Part shown: positions 52,460 to 63,449 of the stretch, piece after piece | Layout of the letters: each line of letters starts with the position of its first letter | Numbering within the stretch: the stretch's first letter is position 1 | Translations under genes and position numbers: made by a program | NCBI GenBank assembly: GCA_964444085.1 | Contig: CAYUGC010000001.1 | Span: 9,857 to 73,856, forward strand | From: an uncultured Bifidobacteriaceae bacterium | GTDB taxonomy: Bacteria > Verrucomicrobiota > Verrucomicrobiia > Limisphaerales > UBA11358 | Length of the DNA stretch: 64,000 nucleotides | Direction: 5' to 3' | The notes under the pieces: generated by a model | The model's input: the letters and a program-made list of their open reading frames with translations, nothing else | Databases searched by the model: none | What the model was told of the DNA's origin: nothing

Positions 52460-52750
52460 ATGGCCAAAGCACTGACCAAATCCCAAATCGTATCTGCCAT
52501 CGCAGACAAAAACAGCCTCACCAAAAAGCAAGCTGGCGAGATCCTGGAACAACTCGCCTGTCTCGCTTACAAACATGCCAAGGACTCGTTCACCATCCCT
52601 GGTCTCGGCAAGCTCGTTCTGGTCAATCGCAAGGCCCGCATCGGCCGTAATCCTGCTACTGGGGAAACGATCCAAATCAAGGCCAAGAAAGTCGTGAAGT
52701 TCCGCGTCGCCAAAGCTGCCAAAGACGCGATTCTTGGTGTGAAGAAATAG
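52460..52750 (+). CDS. hup: HU family DNA-binding protein
   Basis: MAKALTKSQIVSAIA...GKLVLVNRKARIGRNPATGETIQIKAKKVVKFR has the beta-arm RNPxTGE signature. 96 aa. Confidence 0.85.
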   Translation: MAKALTKSQIVSAIADKNSLTKKQAGEILEQLACLAYKHAKDSFTIPGLGKLVLVNRKARIGRNPATGETIQIKAKKVVKFRVAKAAKDAILGVKK

Positions 52751-52766
52751 TTTTGGATTTCATTCA

Positions 52767-52798
52767 AAGGCACCCTGTTCATTCAGGGTGCCTTTTTT
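52767..52798 (+). terminator. Rho-independent terminator after hup
   Basis: aaaggcaccctg ttcattc agggtgcctttttt. Confidence 0.75.
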
Positions 52799-52986
52799 CC
52801 ATCAGTGATCACCTTGTTGATGAAAGATGAAACAACTGCTGTTGACGCTGAAAAAAGTAAGCCTGGCAGGGCGGGGTTTTAGCAGGCTCGTCAAATACTG
52901 GCTTGAACAACTTTAAACGACTCAATTTGACTTGGGCTAGTTGTTGGTTTTGACAGAAAAACCAATGCCCCTTTGAACATAAAGGA

Positions 52987-53061
52987 TGGTGCGCGCTGCA
53001 GGTTTCGAACCTGCGACCCCTACCGTGTGAAGGTAATGCTCTACCACTGAGCTAAGCGCGC
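52987..53061 (-). tRNA. tRNA-Val (anticodon CAC)
   Basis: Reverse complement folds as a cloverleaf: GCGCGCT-TA-GCTC-AGTGGTA-GAGC-A-TTACC-TTCACAC-GGTAG-GGGTC-GCAGG-TTCGAAA-CCTGC-AGCGCGC-A-CCA. 75 nt, encoded CCA, anticodon loop TTCACAC. Confidence 0.9.
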
Positions 53062-53184
53062 AAAAACTGGCGAATTTGCCCCAAAAACCCGTTCGCAAGC
53101 GGACAAGAGACTAGCGGGCGCCGCCAGTTGTGGCAAGGTTTTTTAGGACGGGCGGGCCAAACCGTGCGACGGCGGCAAGGCGGC

Positions 53185-53616
53185 TCATTTCCATTCAAAA
53201 TCATGCCCGCCGTGGATTTTTCCGGCGGTCAGCAGCAGGTGGTAGGTGACGTTGTTGGTCAGAGCTTGCGGACGGGTGCCCGGCACCGCCGGCTTGAGGC
53301 CGCGGATGAACTGGCCGTAGAAAAAAGTTTTGACCGGCGCAGAATTGGAATCCGAAACGAGGTGCCAGAGCGGCAGCGTGTTTTGATTGGTCTGATACGC
53401 CGCGAGCGGCACGATCCGGATTTCGGTGAGCCGGAGCGGGCGGTCCAGGCCGAACATCAGGTTGGGCAACGCGCCGGTGCGCGCCGCCGGTCGCAGGTCG
53501 CGGCTGGTGTGAAATATCCGCACGGTCTGGGGCTGAAACCAGTTCGTGAAGCCGGCAAGGTAAACCGCCGCCAGCACCAGTGTGCCGGCGATCAGCAGCC
53601 AAGTTTTTCGTTCCAT
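53185..53616 (-). CDS. Hypothetical membrane-anchored protein
   Basis: N-terminal TM WLLIAGTLVLAAVYLAGF. No family recognised. Confidence 0.4.
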   Translation of the reverse strand: MERKTWLLIAGTLVLAAVYLAGFTNWFQPQTVRIFHTSRDLRPAARTGALPNLMFGLDRPLRLTEIRIVPLAAYQTNQNTLPLWHLVSDSNSAPVKTFFYGQFIRGLKPAVPGTRPQALTNNVTYHLLLTAGKIHGGHDFEWK

Positions 53617-53693
53617 GGTGAATATATTGTAACGTGGCGACAATTTGAGGCGTCGAACTGCATGAGCCAGACGTCCGCCAGTCCGCCGTGGTT

Positions 53694-54497
53694 ATGAAAA
53701 TCTGCCCAGTTCAAGATCCGCGCCCTAGCCGGGAAGGTTTTTTCCCCGGCCAGTGGCGGGCTTTCACGCTAATCGAACTGCTGGTGGTCATCGCCATCAT
53801 CGCCATTCTGGCGGCCATGCTGCTGCCGGCCTTGAGCCGCGCGAAGGAAACTGCGCGGCGCATTTCGTGCATGAACAATCTCCGGCAGTTGGGTCTCGCC
53901 TCGCGCCTATATGTGGACGAAAACCAGGGGACTTATCCAACGCGTTCCGGCACCGACCGCTGGCCAGACAAATTCTACGACAACTACGGCAAGAGCGCCA
54001 AGCTGCTGCTCTGCCCGACCGACGGTCTCAACGGAATCATTCCCCAAACCGGCGGCAGTTCCAACAACGTGGCCGACGCCGCGCCGCGCAGCTACCTGAT
54101 CAACGGCTGGAACGATTGGTATGCCGACCACATCGGCACCACGGCTTTTCCGGCGGTGGAAGCGGCCGCAGCTCGAAACGGGTTGAAGGAAAACGCCATC
54201 GTTTATCCCAGCGACACCGTGGTGCTGGGGGAGAAAATCTCGGACGCGGGCGATTACTACATGGATCTTTTTGAAAACCCGCAGGTCGGTGGCAACGACG
54301 CCAGCGTGGCTGAACAATGCCGCCACGACAACCGCAACGCCAGCTCGCTGGCGAACGGCCAAAGCGGCTCCGGCGGCTCGGATTACGCGATGGCTGACGG
54401 CAGTGCGCGGTTCATCAAATATCCGCAGGCGGTGTCGCCGCTTCATCTCTGGTGCGTGACCGACACCAACCGCGGGTTGAACGCCTGGAAGTTTTGA
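53694..54497 (+). CDS. Prepilin-type N-terminal cleavage/methylation domain protein (pseudopilin-like, DUF1559-style)
   Basis: [26 protein letters not shown] class III signal. C-terminal ...[14 protein letters not shown] block, common in planctomycete/verrucomicrobial pseudopilin-like proteins. Confidence 0.75.
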   Translation: MKICPVQDPRPSREGFFPGQWRAFTLIELLVVIAIIAILAAMLLPALSRAKETARRISCMNNLRQLGLASRLYVDENQGTYPTRSGTDRWPDKFYDNYGKSAKLLLCPTDGLNGIIPQTGGSSNNVADAAPRSYLINGWNDWYADHIGTTAFPAVEAAAARNGLKENAIVYPSDTVVLGEKISDAGDYYMDLFENPQVGGNDASVAEQCRHDNRNASSLANGQSGSGGSDYAMADGSARFIKYPQAVSPLHLWCVTDTNRGLNAWKF

Positions 54498-54600
54498 GTC
54501 TGGGCGACAGAGACAAACTTAAATTGCCGTGAGCGTGGGATTTATCGTAACTTGTGGTTTGCCAGCACAGTCTGCTTTGGCGAATTAAACCATCAATTTT

Positions 54601-55836
54601 ATGTCGGAAAAATCAAACGGCGGCAAAGGTAAGTGGATTCTGCTCGCGGCAGTGCTTGCGGCGGGCGTGGGCGGCTATTTTTATTTCCACCACGGCGGCA
54701 GCGAAAAATTGAGCTACAACACTGTGGCGGTGACGCGCGGCGAACTCACCGCGACGGTCACGGCGACGGGCATCTTGAACCCGGTGGTGAACGTCACGGT
54801 CGGCAGCCAGGTGTCGGGCCGCATCAGTAAATTGTATGTGGATTACAATTCACCGGTGACCAAGGGCCAGGTGCTCGCGGAAATTGATCCTTCGACATAC
54901 CAGGCCACGGTTGAGCAGGTCACCGCCGACCTCGCGAACGCGAAGGCAAACCTGGAGCTGCAACAGGCGCAGTTTGAGCGCAACGCCGAGCTGTTTACAA
55001 ACAAACTCGTTTCCGGTTCGGACTACGATACGGCGCTGGCCACCTTGCATGAGGCAGAAGCGATGGTGAAGATCAAGCGGGCATCGCTCGACAACGCGCT
55101 GGTGAACCTGAACTACTGCAAAATCGTCTCGCCGGTTGACGGCGTGGTGATTTCGCGCGCGGTGGAACTTGGTCAGACGGTTGCCTCCAGCTTCAACACG
55201 CCGACCATCTTCCAGATCGCGAACGACCTGACCAAGATGCAGATCGACTCGAACGTGGCCGAAGCCGACATCGGCGGCGTGGTGGAGGGCCAGAGCGTGG
55301 AGTTCGGGGTGGACGCGTATCCGCTGCGGACGTTTCACGGTTCGGTGGCGCAGGTGCGTAATTCGCCCATCACGGTCAATAACGTGGTCACCTACGACAC
55401 GGTCATCAGCGTGACGAACACGGATTACAAATTGAAGCCGGGCATGACGGCGAACGTCTCCGTCATCGTGGCGCAGCGGGATGATGCGGTGCTGCTGAAG
55501 AATGCCGCGCTGCGATTCCGTCCGCCGGACAACGCGGTGATTTTGACCAACGAAGTGGCAGGTGGTTTGGCGACGAATGGGGTCGCCGCCAGCAAAGGCC
55601 CGCGTAAGGGCAAGGGCAACCGCAGTGTTCGCACGGTGTATGTCCTCACCGGCGACGAGAACGCGCCGCAGTTGAAGGCGGTGCAGATCAAGACCGGCAT
55701 CACGGATGGCCTGTTCACCGAGGTCGCCGAGGGTTTGAAGGAAGGTGATAAAGTCGTCTCCGGCGTCGTCAACAACGATTCACAAGGTTCCGCGTCAACC
55801 TCCAGCCCGTTTGGCGGTGGATTTCCGCGCCGCTAA
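54601..55836 (+). CDS. Efflux periplasmic adaptor (HlyD/MacA family)
   Basis: N-terminal TM. Lipoyl-like GRISKLYVDYNSPVTKGQVLAEID. Coiled-coil hairpin. CKIVSPVDGVV. Beta-barrel block MTANVSVIV. Confidence 0.8.
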   Translation: MSEKSNGGKGKWILLAAVLAAGVGGYFYFHHGGSEKLSYNTVAVTRGELTATVTATGILNPVVNVTVGSQVSGRISKLYVDYNSPVTKGQVLAEIDPSTYQATVEQVTADLANAKANLELQQAQFERNAELFTNKLVSGSDYDTALATLHEAEAMVKIKRASLDNALVNLNYCKIVSPVDGVVISRAVELGQTVASSFNTPTIFQIANDLTKMQIDSNVAEADIGGVVEGQSVEFGVDAYPLRTFHGSVAQVRNSPITVNNVVTYDTVISVTNTDYKLKPGMTANVSVIVAQRDDAVLLKNAALRFRPPDNAVILTNEVAGGLATNGVAASKGPRKGKGNRSVRTVYVLTGDENAPQLKAVQIKTGITDGLFTEVAEGLKEGDKVVSGVVNNDSQGSASTSSPFGGGFPRR

Positions 55837-55846
55837 AATTACTGCC

Positions 55847-57816
<1,970 letters not shown>

Positions 57817-57818
57817 AT

Positions 57819-57906
57819 CCATCCTGCTCGTCCCCATCGTCATCCCCATTCCCCAAAATAATTTTCAAATTTGAGGATGACGATGAGGACGAGGATGAGG
57901 ATGATG
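57819..57906. repeat. Imperfect long hairpin of hexamer-phased units, second copy of the 287-354 family
   Basis: Left arm catcctgctcgtccccatcgtcatccccattcccc, AT-rich loop, right arm gaggatgacgatgaggacgaggatgaggatgatg. Shares the core catcgtcat / atgacgatg with 287-354. Confidence 0.5.
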
Positions 57907-57914
57907 TTTCCGGC

Positions 57915-58922
57915 ATGACCACCGAGATTCTCTCCACCCATACTCCGGCGCTTTTCCAGAAAGCCGTCCGCCGCGCCGCCGAACTGCTGCGCGCCGGCGA
58001 AGTGGTGGCGCTGCCGACGGAAACGGTCTATGGCCTCGCCGCCAATGCGCTGGACGAAAACGCCGTCGCGAAAATTTTCCAGATCAAAGGCCGCCCGGCG
58101 CACAATCCCATCATCGTTCACGTTGCGGGAAACGAAATGGCCAAAAGTTGTGTGGGGGAATTTTCGGCGGCGGCGGACAAACTTTCCAAATCCTTCTGGC
58201 CTGGCCCGCTGACGCTGGTGCTGCCGCGCGCGAAAAATATTCCTGATGTTGTGACTGCCGGTGGCGAAACCGTGGGCGTGCGTTGGCCGAGCCATCCGTT
58301 CATGCAGGCGGTGATTCGTGAATGTGGTTTTCCGCTGGCTGCGCCGAGCGCCAATTTGTCCAACCAGATTTCACCGACGAACGCGGAACACGTCCGCGCG
58401 CAGCTCGGCGGAAAAATTCCGCTCATCGTGGACGGCGGGCAGTCGCAGGTTGGCATCGAATCCACGGTGCTGGACTTGACGGTGGCACCGGCGCGGATTT
58501 TGCGGCCGGGGATGATCCACGCGGAATCGCTGGCGGCGGCCGGATTGCCGATCGCCGATTGCCGATCGCCGATGGAAGACACCTCATTGAAAAGCCCTGG
58601 TCAATTGAAGAGGCACTACTCGCCAAAGGCAAAATTGATTATCACCTCTTGGAAAGACGATGCCGATCTGGCCGCGCAAATTGGCAGTTGGAAATTGGAG
58701 GTCGAAAATGTCCACATCATCGCCCATACCAACATCCCCGCCAGTTTTGGCGCGGCAAACGTGAGCGTGATTCCGCACGACGCGGAGGCGTTTGCGCGGG
58801 CGCTTTACGGGGAGCTGCACCGCTGTGACGCGGCGGGCGCGAAGCTGATTATTGTGGAGGCACCGCCGGAGGCACTGGCATGGGCCGGCATCGCCGACCG
58901 GCTGCGGCGCGCGGCGGCGTGA
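57915..58922 (+). CDS. tsaC: L-threonylcarbamoyladenylate synthase (Sua5/YwlC-type TsaC), with a repeat-encoded linker insertion
   Basis: YrdC-domain blocks LPTETVYGLAANA, KGRPAHNPIIVHV, APSANLSNQISPT. Sua5 C-terminal domain after the linker. The linker GLPIADCRSPME is encoded by a heptamer array. Confidence 0.8.
   Translation: MTTEILSTHTPALFQKAVRRAAELLRAGEVVALPTETVYGLAANALDENAVAKIFQIKGRPAHNPIIVHVAGNEMAKSCVGEFSAAADKLSKSFWPGPLTLVLPRAKNIPDVVTAGGETVGVRWPSHPFMQAVIRECGFPLAAPSANLSNQISPTNAEHVRAQLGGKIPLIVDGGQSQVGIESTVLDLTVAPARILRPGMIHAESLAAAGLPIADCRSPMEDTSLKSPGQLKRHYSPKAKLIITSWKDDADLAAQIGSWKLEVENVHIIAHTNIPASFGAANVSVIPHDAEAFARALYGELHRCDAAGAKLIIVEAPPEALAWAGIADRLRRAAA
58544..58575 (+). repeat. Intragenic heptamer array ttgccga tcgccga ttgccga tcgccga
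   Basis: Read directly. ABAB arrangement. Its reverse complement contains aatcggc units identical to those at 29139-29152. Confidence 0.7.
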
Positions 58923-58928
58923 CGGAAA

Positions 58929-60752
58929 TCATTCGGCTTCCCAGCGCTGCCGGTCGGTGAGGAACAGGCCGGAGAGCAAACCGTAAGGCGCGACTTTCAG
59001 CGGGAACGACGGTGGAATCTGGTTGGCTGCGACGGTCTTCAGGCAGAAATTCCCCCAACTGTCCACGCCGCCTTGCAGGCATTCGGTGAACAGTTTCCCG
59101 TCCAGCGTATTGAGCGTGAGATAGAGCCCGCGCACCTGCTTGGTGTAGTCGTTGAACAGGAAAAACTCATACTGCGAATTGATGGTGATCCAGGCGCATT
59201 GGCGGTCGCCATACCAGGCCACGGCCCAGGGGATGTCGCTCATCATCAGCTCATCCGGACGCATCCAGCCAGAGACCTTCTGGATTTCCGGCGGGTAATA
59301 CGGCGGGTAGGCGACGGGCGAAATCTTCGGCGGCAGCAGGCTTGTGACGAACGCCTGGCAGGAGACCAGCACCATCAGGACGATGACAGCCAGCCGCGCC
59401 TGCGGCGACGGCGTGTTCATCTGGTTCAACAGCGTCAGGAAAAAGACGACGCCGAAAATCACCACGAGCGGCGTGAGCAGCACGAGCAGGTTTTCCGAAT
59501 TGATCTCCGGCGAGATGGCGGAAAGCTGCGTCCGGCCCAATGACTGCACGACAACAAACACACCGAGGCACATCATTGTAAAATAGCGCAGCCGCCGGGC
59601 GGCGCCATTCCGCAGCCCCAGCAGCAGTCCGGCGAAAAATAGCACGGCCACCCAACTGCCGCCGACTCGCAGCAGGTCGTTCTGCAAAATGAGCCGAGTG
59701 TTCACCAGAAATTTGCTCAAGTAGGGCCGCACCCAGTAGGCCGAGGCCAGGTCGGGATTCACCGACTGCATCAGTCGCGCACCGGGAAAGGCATACGTCC
59801 CTTCCACCACCGCATAACCGGCGGTGCCGAACAACGTGCCGCTCACCGAGAGATTGCGGATCAGCCACGGGGCCACCGCCAGGCCAAACGCCAGAAATGC
59901 GGCCACCGCCAGACCCGGCCGCCGCACGCCGCCAAAAAGCGTCATGAAAATCGCCACCGGCACAATCACCCAGCCGAACGCATAGCGCGTCAGCATTCCC
60001 GTGCCGACCAGCACGCCGGCAGTGACGGCCAGCAGGAACATTTTTTTGACCGGCGGCGCCTCGGCGCGGCCCAGCTCCTCAATTTTCAGCAGGCACCACA
60101 CCAGCCCCAGGAAAATCACGAGCAGCAGCAGCGTGGACTGGCCGGACACGCTGAATTTCCACAGTTCATCCGCGCCGAGGGTCAGCACCGCCGTCAGCCA
60201 GGCCGTTGGCGCGCCGAACAATTTTTTGGTGAGCAAAAACGTCAGCGCCACCACCGTCAGCAGCAGCACCTGATTTAGCAGGGCGACGAGGAATTCCGGC
60301 CGGTAGCGCAGGAACTTTCCGTCCTCCGCCCAAAACGGCTTGCGCGTCTGCACCTTCCATTCCGGCTGCCAGAGCTTCATCAGACCCGCGAGCACGGTCG
60401 GATACACCGGCGGATTGGCGAGGTCGGGATGTGCGCTGTTGAGTTCCGCAAAATCCACCGCGTTGGTCAGCGGGAGTTCGCCGATGTGCTGGGCGTGGTT
60501 GTGCTTGGAAACCAGAAAGACGCTGAATGGCCGGATGAAATCCGTGGTGTAGCCCTTGCCTTCGGCCACGTTGCGCGCCACCTGCGCCGCGTCCATCGCC
60601 TCCGCCGAGTTGAAGCCGCGATACTCCGTCAGGTTGTAAAGCACCGCCAGCCCGATGACCGCCACGGCCAGCGGCAGCAATTGCAGCCAGCGTGAAAACC
60701 GCCCAACTTCCAGCGTGTGGATCAGGTGCTGGAGCTTTTCCGAAATCATCAT
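58929..60752 (-). CDS. Polytopic membrane protein, GT-C fold glycosyltransferase-like (ArnT/PMT, GT39/83-like)
   Basis: About 12 TM segments. First-loop acidic block SAEAMDAAQVARNVAEGKGYTT, typical of GT-C enzymes. Soluble C-terminal domain. The start lies 3 nt after the response-regulator stop on the same strand. Confidence 0.5.
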   Translation of the reverse strand: MMISEKLQHLIHTLEVGRFSRWLQLLPLAVAVIGLAVLYNLTEYRGFNSAEAMDAAQVARNVAEGKGYTTDFIRPFSVFLVSKHNHAQHIGELPLTNAVDFAELNSAHPDLANPPVYPTVLAGLMKLWQPEWKVQTRKPFWAEDGKFLRYRPEFLVALLNQVLLLTVVALTFLLTKKLFGAPTAWLTAVLTLGADELWKFSVSGQSTLLLLVIFLGLVWCLLKIEELGRAEAPPVKKMFLLAVTAGVLVGTGMLTRYAFGWVIVPVAIFMTLFGGVRRPGLAVAAFLAFGLAVAPWLIRNLSVSGTLFGTAGYAVVEGTYAFPGARLMQSVNPDLASAYWVRPYLSKFLVNTRLILQNDLLRVGGSWVAVLFFAGLLLGLRNGAARRLRYFTMMCLGVFVVVQSLGRTQLSAISPEINSENLLVLLTPLVVIFGVVFFLTLLNQMNTPSPQARLAVIVLMVLVSCQAFVTSLLPPKISPVAYPPYYPPEIQKVSGWMRPDELMMSDIPWAVAWYGDRQCAWITINSQYEFFLFNDYTKQVRGLYLTLNTLDGKLFTECLQGGVDSWGNFCLKTVAANQIPPSFPLKVAPYGLLSGLFLTDRQRWEAE

Positions 60753-60755
60753 AAT

Positions 60756-62111
60756 TCAAAATCCTTCCAAGTGATATTCGTGCAGCTTGCGATGGAACGT
60801 CCGCCGGCTCATGCCGATTTTTTTCGCCGCGTGCGTGCGGTTGCCGTCGGTCTCTTTCAGGGCACGGATGATCAATTGCTTCTCTGCATCTTTCACGGTC
60901 AAATCTTTTCCAGCAAGAATTTTCGGTTCGACCGCGCCGCCGTGCCGCACCGACGGCGGCAAATCCCGCAGCGTCACACGCTCGCCCCGGCTCAAAACCA
61001 CCGCGTGCTCAATGGCCGTCCGCAGCTCGCGCACGTTGCCCGGCCAGGAGAAATTCATCAAGGCTTCGAGCGCGTCCGCCGTGAAATCGTTCACCGCCTT
61101 GCCATTTTCCTTGGCAAACTCGCGCAGGAAACTCTGCGCCAGCAGCGGAATGTCGCCCGTCCGCTCGCGCAGCCGCGGCAGTTCAATCTCCACCACGCGC
61201 AGCCGGAAAAACAAGTCCTCGCGGAATTTTCCGGCCTTCACCAGCTCTTCCAAATTTTTGTTCGTCGCCGCGACCAGCCGCACGTCGGCGGTCAGCGTTT
61301 TGTTGGAACCGACGCGTTCAAAAGTTCTTTCGCCAAGAAACCGCAGCAGTTTCACCTGAATCGTCGCGTCAATCTCGCCGATTTCATCCAGGAAAAGTGT
61401 TCCGCCCTGCGCCTGCTCGAAGCGCCCGATGCGCCGCTCGTGCGCGCCGGTGAACGCGCCGCGCTCGTGGCCGAACAGCTCGCTTTCCAGCAGCGTGGGC
61501 GCGAGCGCCGCGCAATGCACGGTCACGAACGGCTGCTTGGCGCGCGGGCTCAACTGATGCAGCGCCTTCGCGATGAGTTCTTTGCCCGTGCCGCTTTCGC
61601 CCAGCACCAAAACCGTCGCGCGCGTCGGCGCGACCTGCTGGATGATCTCGAAAATCTCCGTCATCACCGGCGACTGGCCGATGATGTTTTCCATCCCGAA
61701 CTTGGCGTCCAGCTGCTTGCGCAGCGAGACATTTTCCACCTCAAGGTTTTGCTGTTTCAGTGCGCGGGCAATCCGCATTTCCAGTTCATCAATTTGCAGC
61801 CGGCCTTTGGCGATGTAATCATCCGCGCCGCGCTTCATCGCGTCCACCGCCAGTTCCTCAGAGCCGTAAGCTGTCATCAAAATGCAGATCGGCGGTTTTG
61901 TCAGCGACTTCGCCCGTGAAATCAATTTCATGCCGTCCTCGTTCGGCAGGCGGTAATCGGTGAGCATCACGTCGAAATTTTCCGACTCCAAAAGATTCAT
62001 CGCCGCCTTCGCATCCTCGGCGATGTAAACGTCGTAGCGTTCCTCGAGCGCCGCGCGCAAACCTTCGCGCGTCGTCTTCTCGTCATCCACGATGAGTAAT
62101 GTCGGCTTCAT
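60756..62111 (-). CDS. Sigma-54-dependent response regulator (NtrC family)
   Basis: Receiver [13 protein letters not shown]...[13 protein letters not shown]+ Walker [15 protein letters not shown] sigma-54 contact loop. C-terminal Fis-type [23 protein letters not shown]. Confidence 0.9.
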   Translation of the reverse strand: MKPTLLIVDDEKTTREGLRAALEERYDVYIAEDAKAAMNLLESENFDVMLTDYRLPNEDGMKLISRAKSLTKPPICILMTAYGSEELAVDAMKRGADDYIAKGRLQIDELEMRIARALKQQNLEVENVSLRKQLDAKFGMENIIGQSPVMTEIFEIIQQVAPTRATVLVLGESGTGKELIAKALHQLSPRAKQPFVTVHCAALAPTLLESELFGHERGAFTGAHERRIGRFEQAQGGTLFLDEIGEIDATIQVKLLRFLGERTFERVGSNKTLTADVRLVAATNKNLEELVKAGKFREDLFFRLRVVEIELPRLRERTGDIPLLAQSFLREFAKENGKAVNDFTADALEALMNFSWPGNVRELRTAIEHAVVLSRGERVTLRDLPPSVRHGGAVEPKILAGKDLTVKDAEKQLIIRALKETDGNRTHAAKKIGMSRRTFHRKLHEYHLEGF

Positions 62112-62113
62112 AA

Positions 62114-62185
62114 GATTTACGATATGCGATTTACGATTTACGAGCCGCCCGCCGAAACGCGCGTAAATCGTATATCGTAAATCGG
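62114..62185. repeat. Long hairpin of heptamer-phased units in the kinase / regulator intergenic spacer
   Basis: Left arm gatttacgatatgcgatttacgatttacgag. Right arm cgtaaatcgtatatcgtaaatcgg. About 22 nt are complementary with one mismatch. GC-rich loop. Confidence 0.65.
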
Positions 62186-62195
62186 AAATTCAATT

Positions 62196-63449
62196 TCATC
62201 CTTTCGTCTTGGCTTCGAGTAACCGTGGTTTTCTTTCGTGCAAGGGCAACCAAATCCGAAAGGTCGTGCCTTTGCCGACGTGGCTTTCCAGTTCGATGCG
62301 GCCGTTGTGCGCGCGGATGATGCGCTGGACGATCATCAGGCCGAGGCCGCTGCCTTTTTTCTTGGTCGTGTAAAACGGCTCGAAAATGCGGTTGAGCTGT
62401 TCCTGCGGAATGCCGCCACCAGTGTCGGTCACGCTCACCCAAACCGCGTCGCTATTTTCGCCGGTCTGGAGTGTGAGTGTACCGCCGGTGGTCATCGCCT
62501 GCGACGCATTCTTCACGAGGTTCACCAACACCTGCTGGATTTGCGTCGTGTCAATCGGCGTCGCCGTCAATTGTCGCGCCGGTTTGGTCTTAATGACGAT
62601 GCCGCGGTTCTCGATTTCCGGTCGCAGCAAATCCACCGTTTTCTCCACCACGTCGTTGAGTGAACAAATTTTCATTATCAGCGGCGAGGGCCGGATCGCG
62701 CCGAGAAATTGCGTGACGATGTAATCCAGCCGGTGAATCTCGCCCTTGGCCACTTCTAAATACTGTTCCAGCTTGCCGGCGACTTCGACGGCTTCGGTGG
62801 TGGGACAGGCTTCCGGCCTGTCCAGTTTCCGTTTTGAACCGGACAGGCGAGACGCCTGTCCCGCCACTTTCAACTTTTTCACCTCGCGCTCCATCAGTTG
62901 CAGATGGATGTGCAGCGCGTTGAGCGGATTGCCGATTTCGTGCGCCACGCTGGCGGCGAGGAGCGTGAGCGCCTGGACGCGTTCGCTTTCGATGGCCTCG
63001 AAAGTTTTCTGCCGTGCCTCGGTGGCGTCGTGCAAGATCAGCGCCACGCCGGAACTGCCAATCGCCGTGCCGTCGAGCGGTGCGGCGTAGAGTCGGAGAA
63101 ATCGCGGACGCGGATAATGCACCTCGAATTCGTGCCGCGTGACGTGCGCGCCGCCGTCGTGATCGGCGCGGGAAATCTTTTCCCAGTCCACCTCCGGCAG
63201 AAATTTTGTGATGTGCAATTCCTCTTCGCCCGGCTGCATGCCGATGAGCCGCGTGACGGCGTGGTTGAAGTAAATCACCCGGCCATGTTCGTCCACCACC
63301 AGCACGCCGTCCTCGATGGTGTTGAACAGCGTTTCGAGAAAACTCCGTTCGCGCGCGAGGCGTTGGACGACGGTTTGCAACCCTTCAGTGTCCAGCCGTC
63401 CGATACGGCCAAGCACTTTATCGAGAAAACTGGATTTGGCTGCTGCCAT
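62196..63449 (-). CDS. PAS-domain sensor histidine kinase (NtrB-like, soluble)
   Basis: PAS block TIEDGVLVVDEHGRVIYFN. H-box ASVAHEIGNPLNAL. N-box LVNLVKNASQAM. G-boxes DTGGGIP and GSGLGL. No TM segments. Confidence 0.85.
   Translation of the reverse strand: MAAAKSSFLDKVLGRIGRLDTEGLQTVVQRLARERSFLETLFNTIEDGVLVVDEHGRVIYFNHAVTRLIGMQPGEEELHITKFLPEVDWEKISRADHDGGAHVTRHEFEVHYPRPRFLRLYAAPLDGTAIGSSGVALILHDATEARQKTFEAIESERVQALTLLAASVAHEIGNPLNALHIHLQLMEREVKKLKVAGQASRLSGSKRKLDRPEACPTTEAVEVAGKLEQYLEVAKGEIHRLDYIVTQFLGAIRPSPLIMKICSLNDVVEKTVDLLRPEIENRGIVIKTKPARQLTATPIDTTQIQQVLVNLVKNASQAMTTGGTLTLQTGENSDAVWVSVTDTGGGIPQEQLNRIFEPFYTTKKKGSGLGLMIVQRIIRAHNGRIELESHVGKGTTFRIWLPLHERKPRLLEAKTKG
62802..62861. repeat. 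Two GGACAGG...CCTGTCC hairpins embedded in frame in the kinase gene
   Basis: gggacaggcttccggcctgtcc (62802-62823) and ggacaggcgagacgcctgtcc (62841-62861, perfect 9-bp stem). They encode AGQASRLSGSKRKLDRPEACPT between the two DHp helices. Confidence 0.7.

Noticed and set aside
52800-53185. Integrase, transposase or att repeats flanking tRNA-Val.
   Set aside because: No ORF with tyrosine-recombinase or DDE motifs lies adjacent to the tRNA, and I could not find a duplicated tRNA 3' segment by eye. The island hypothesis is therefore left weak.
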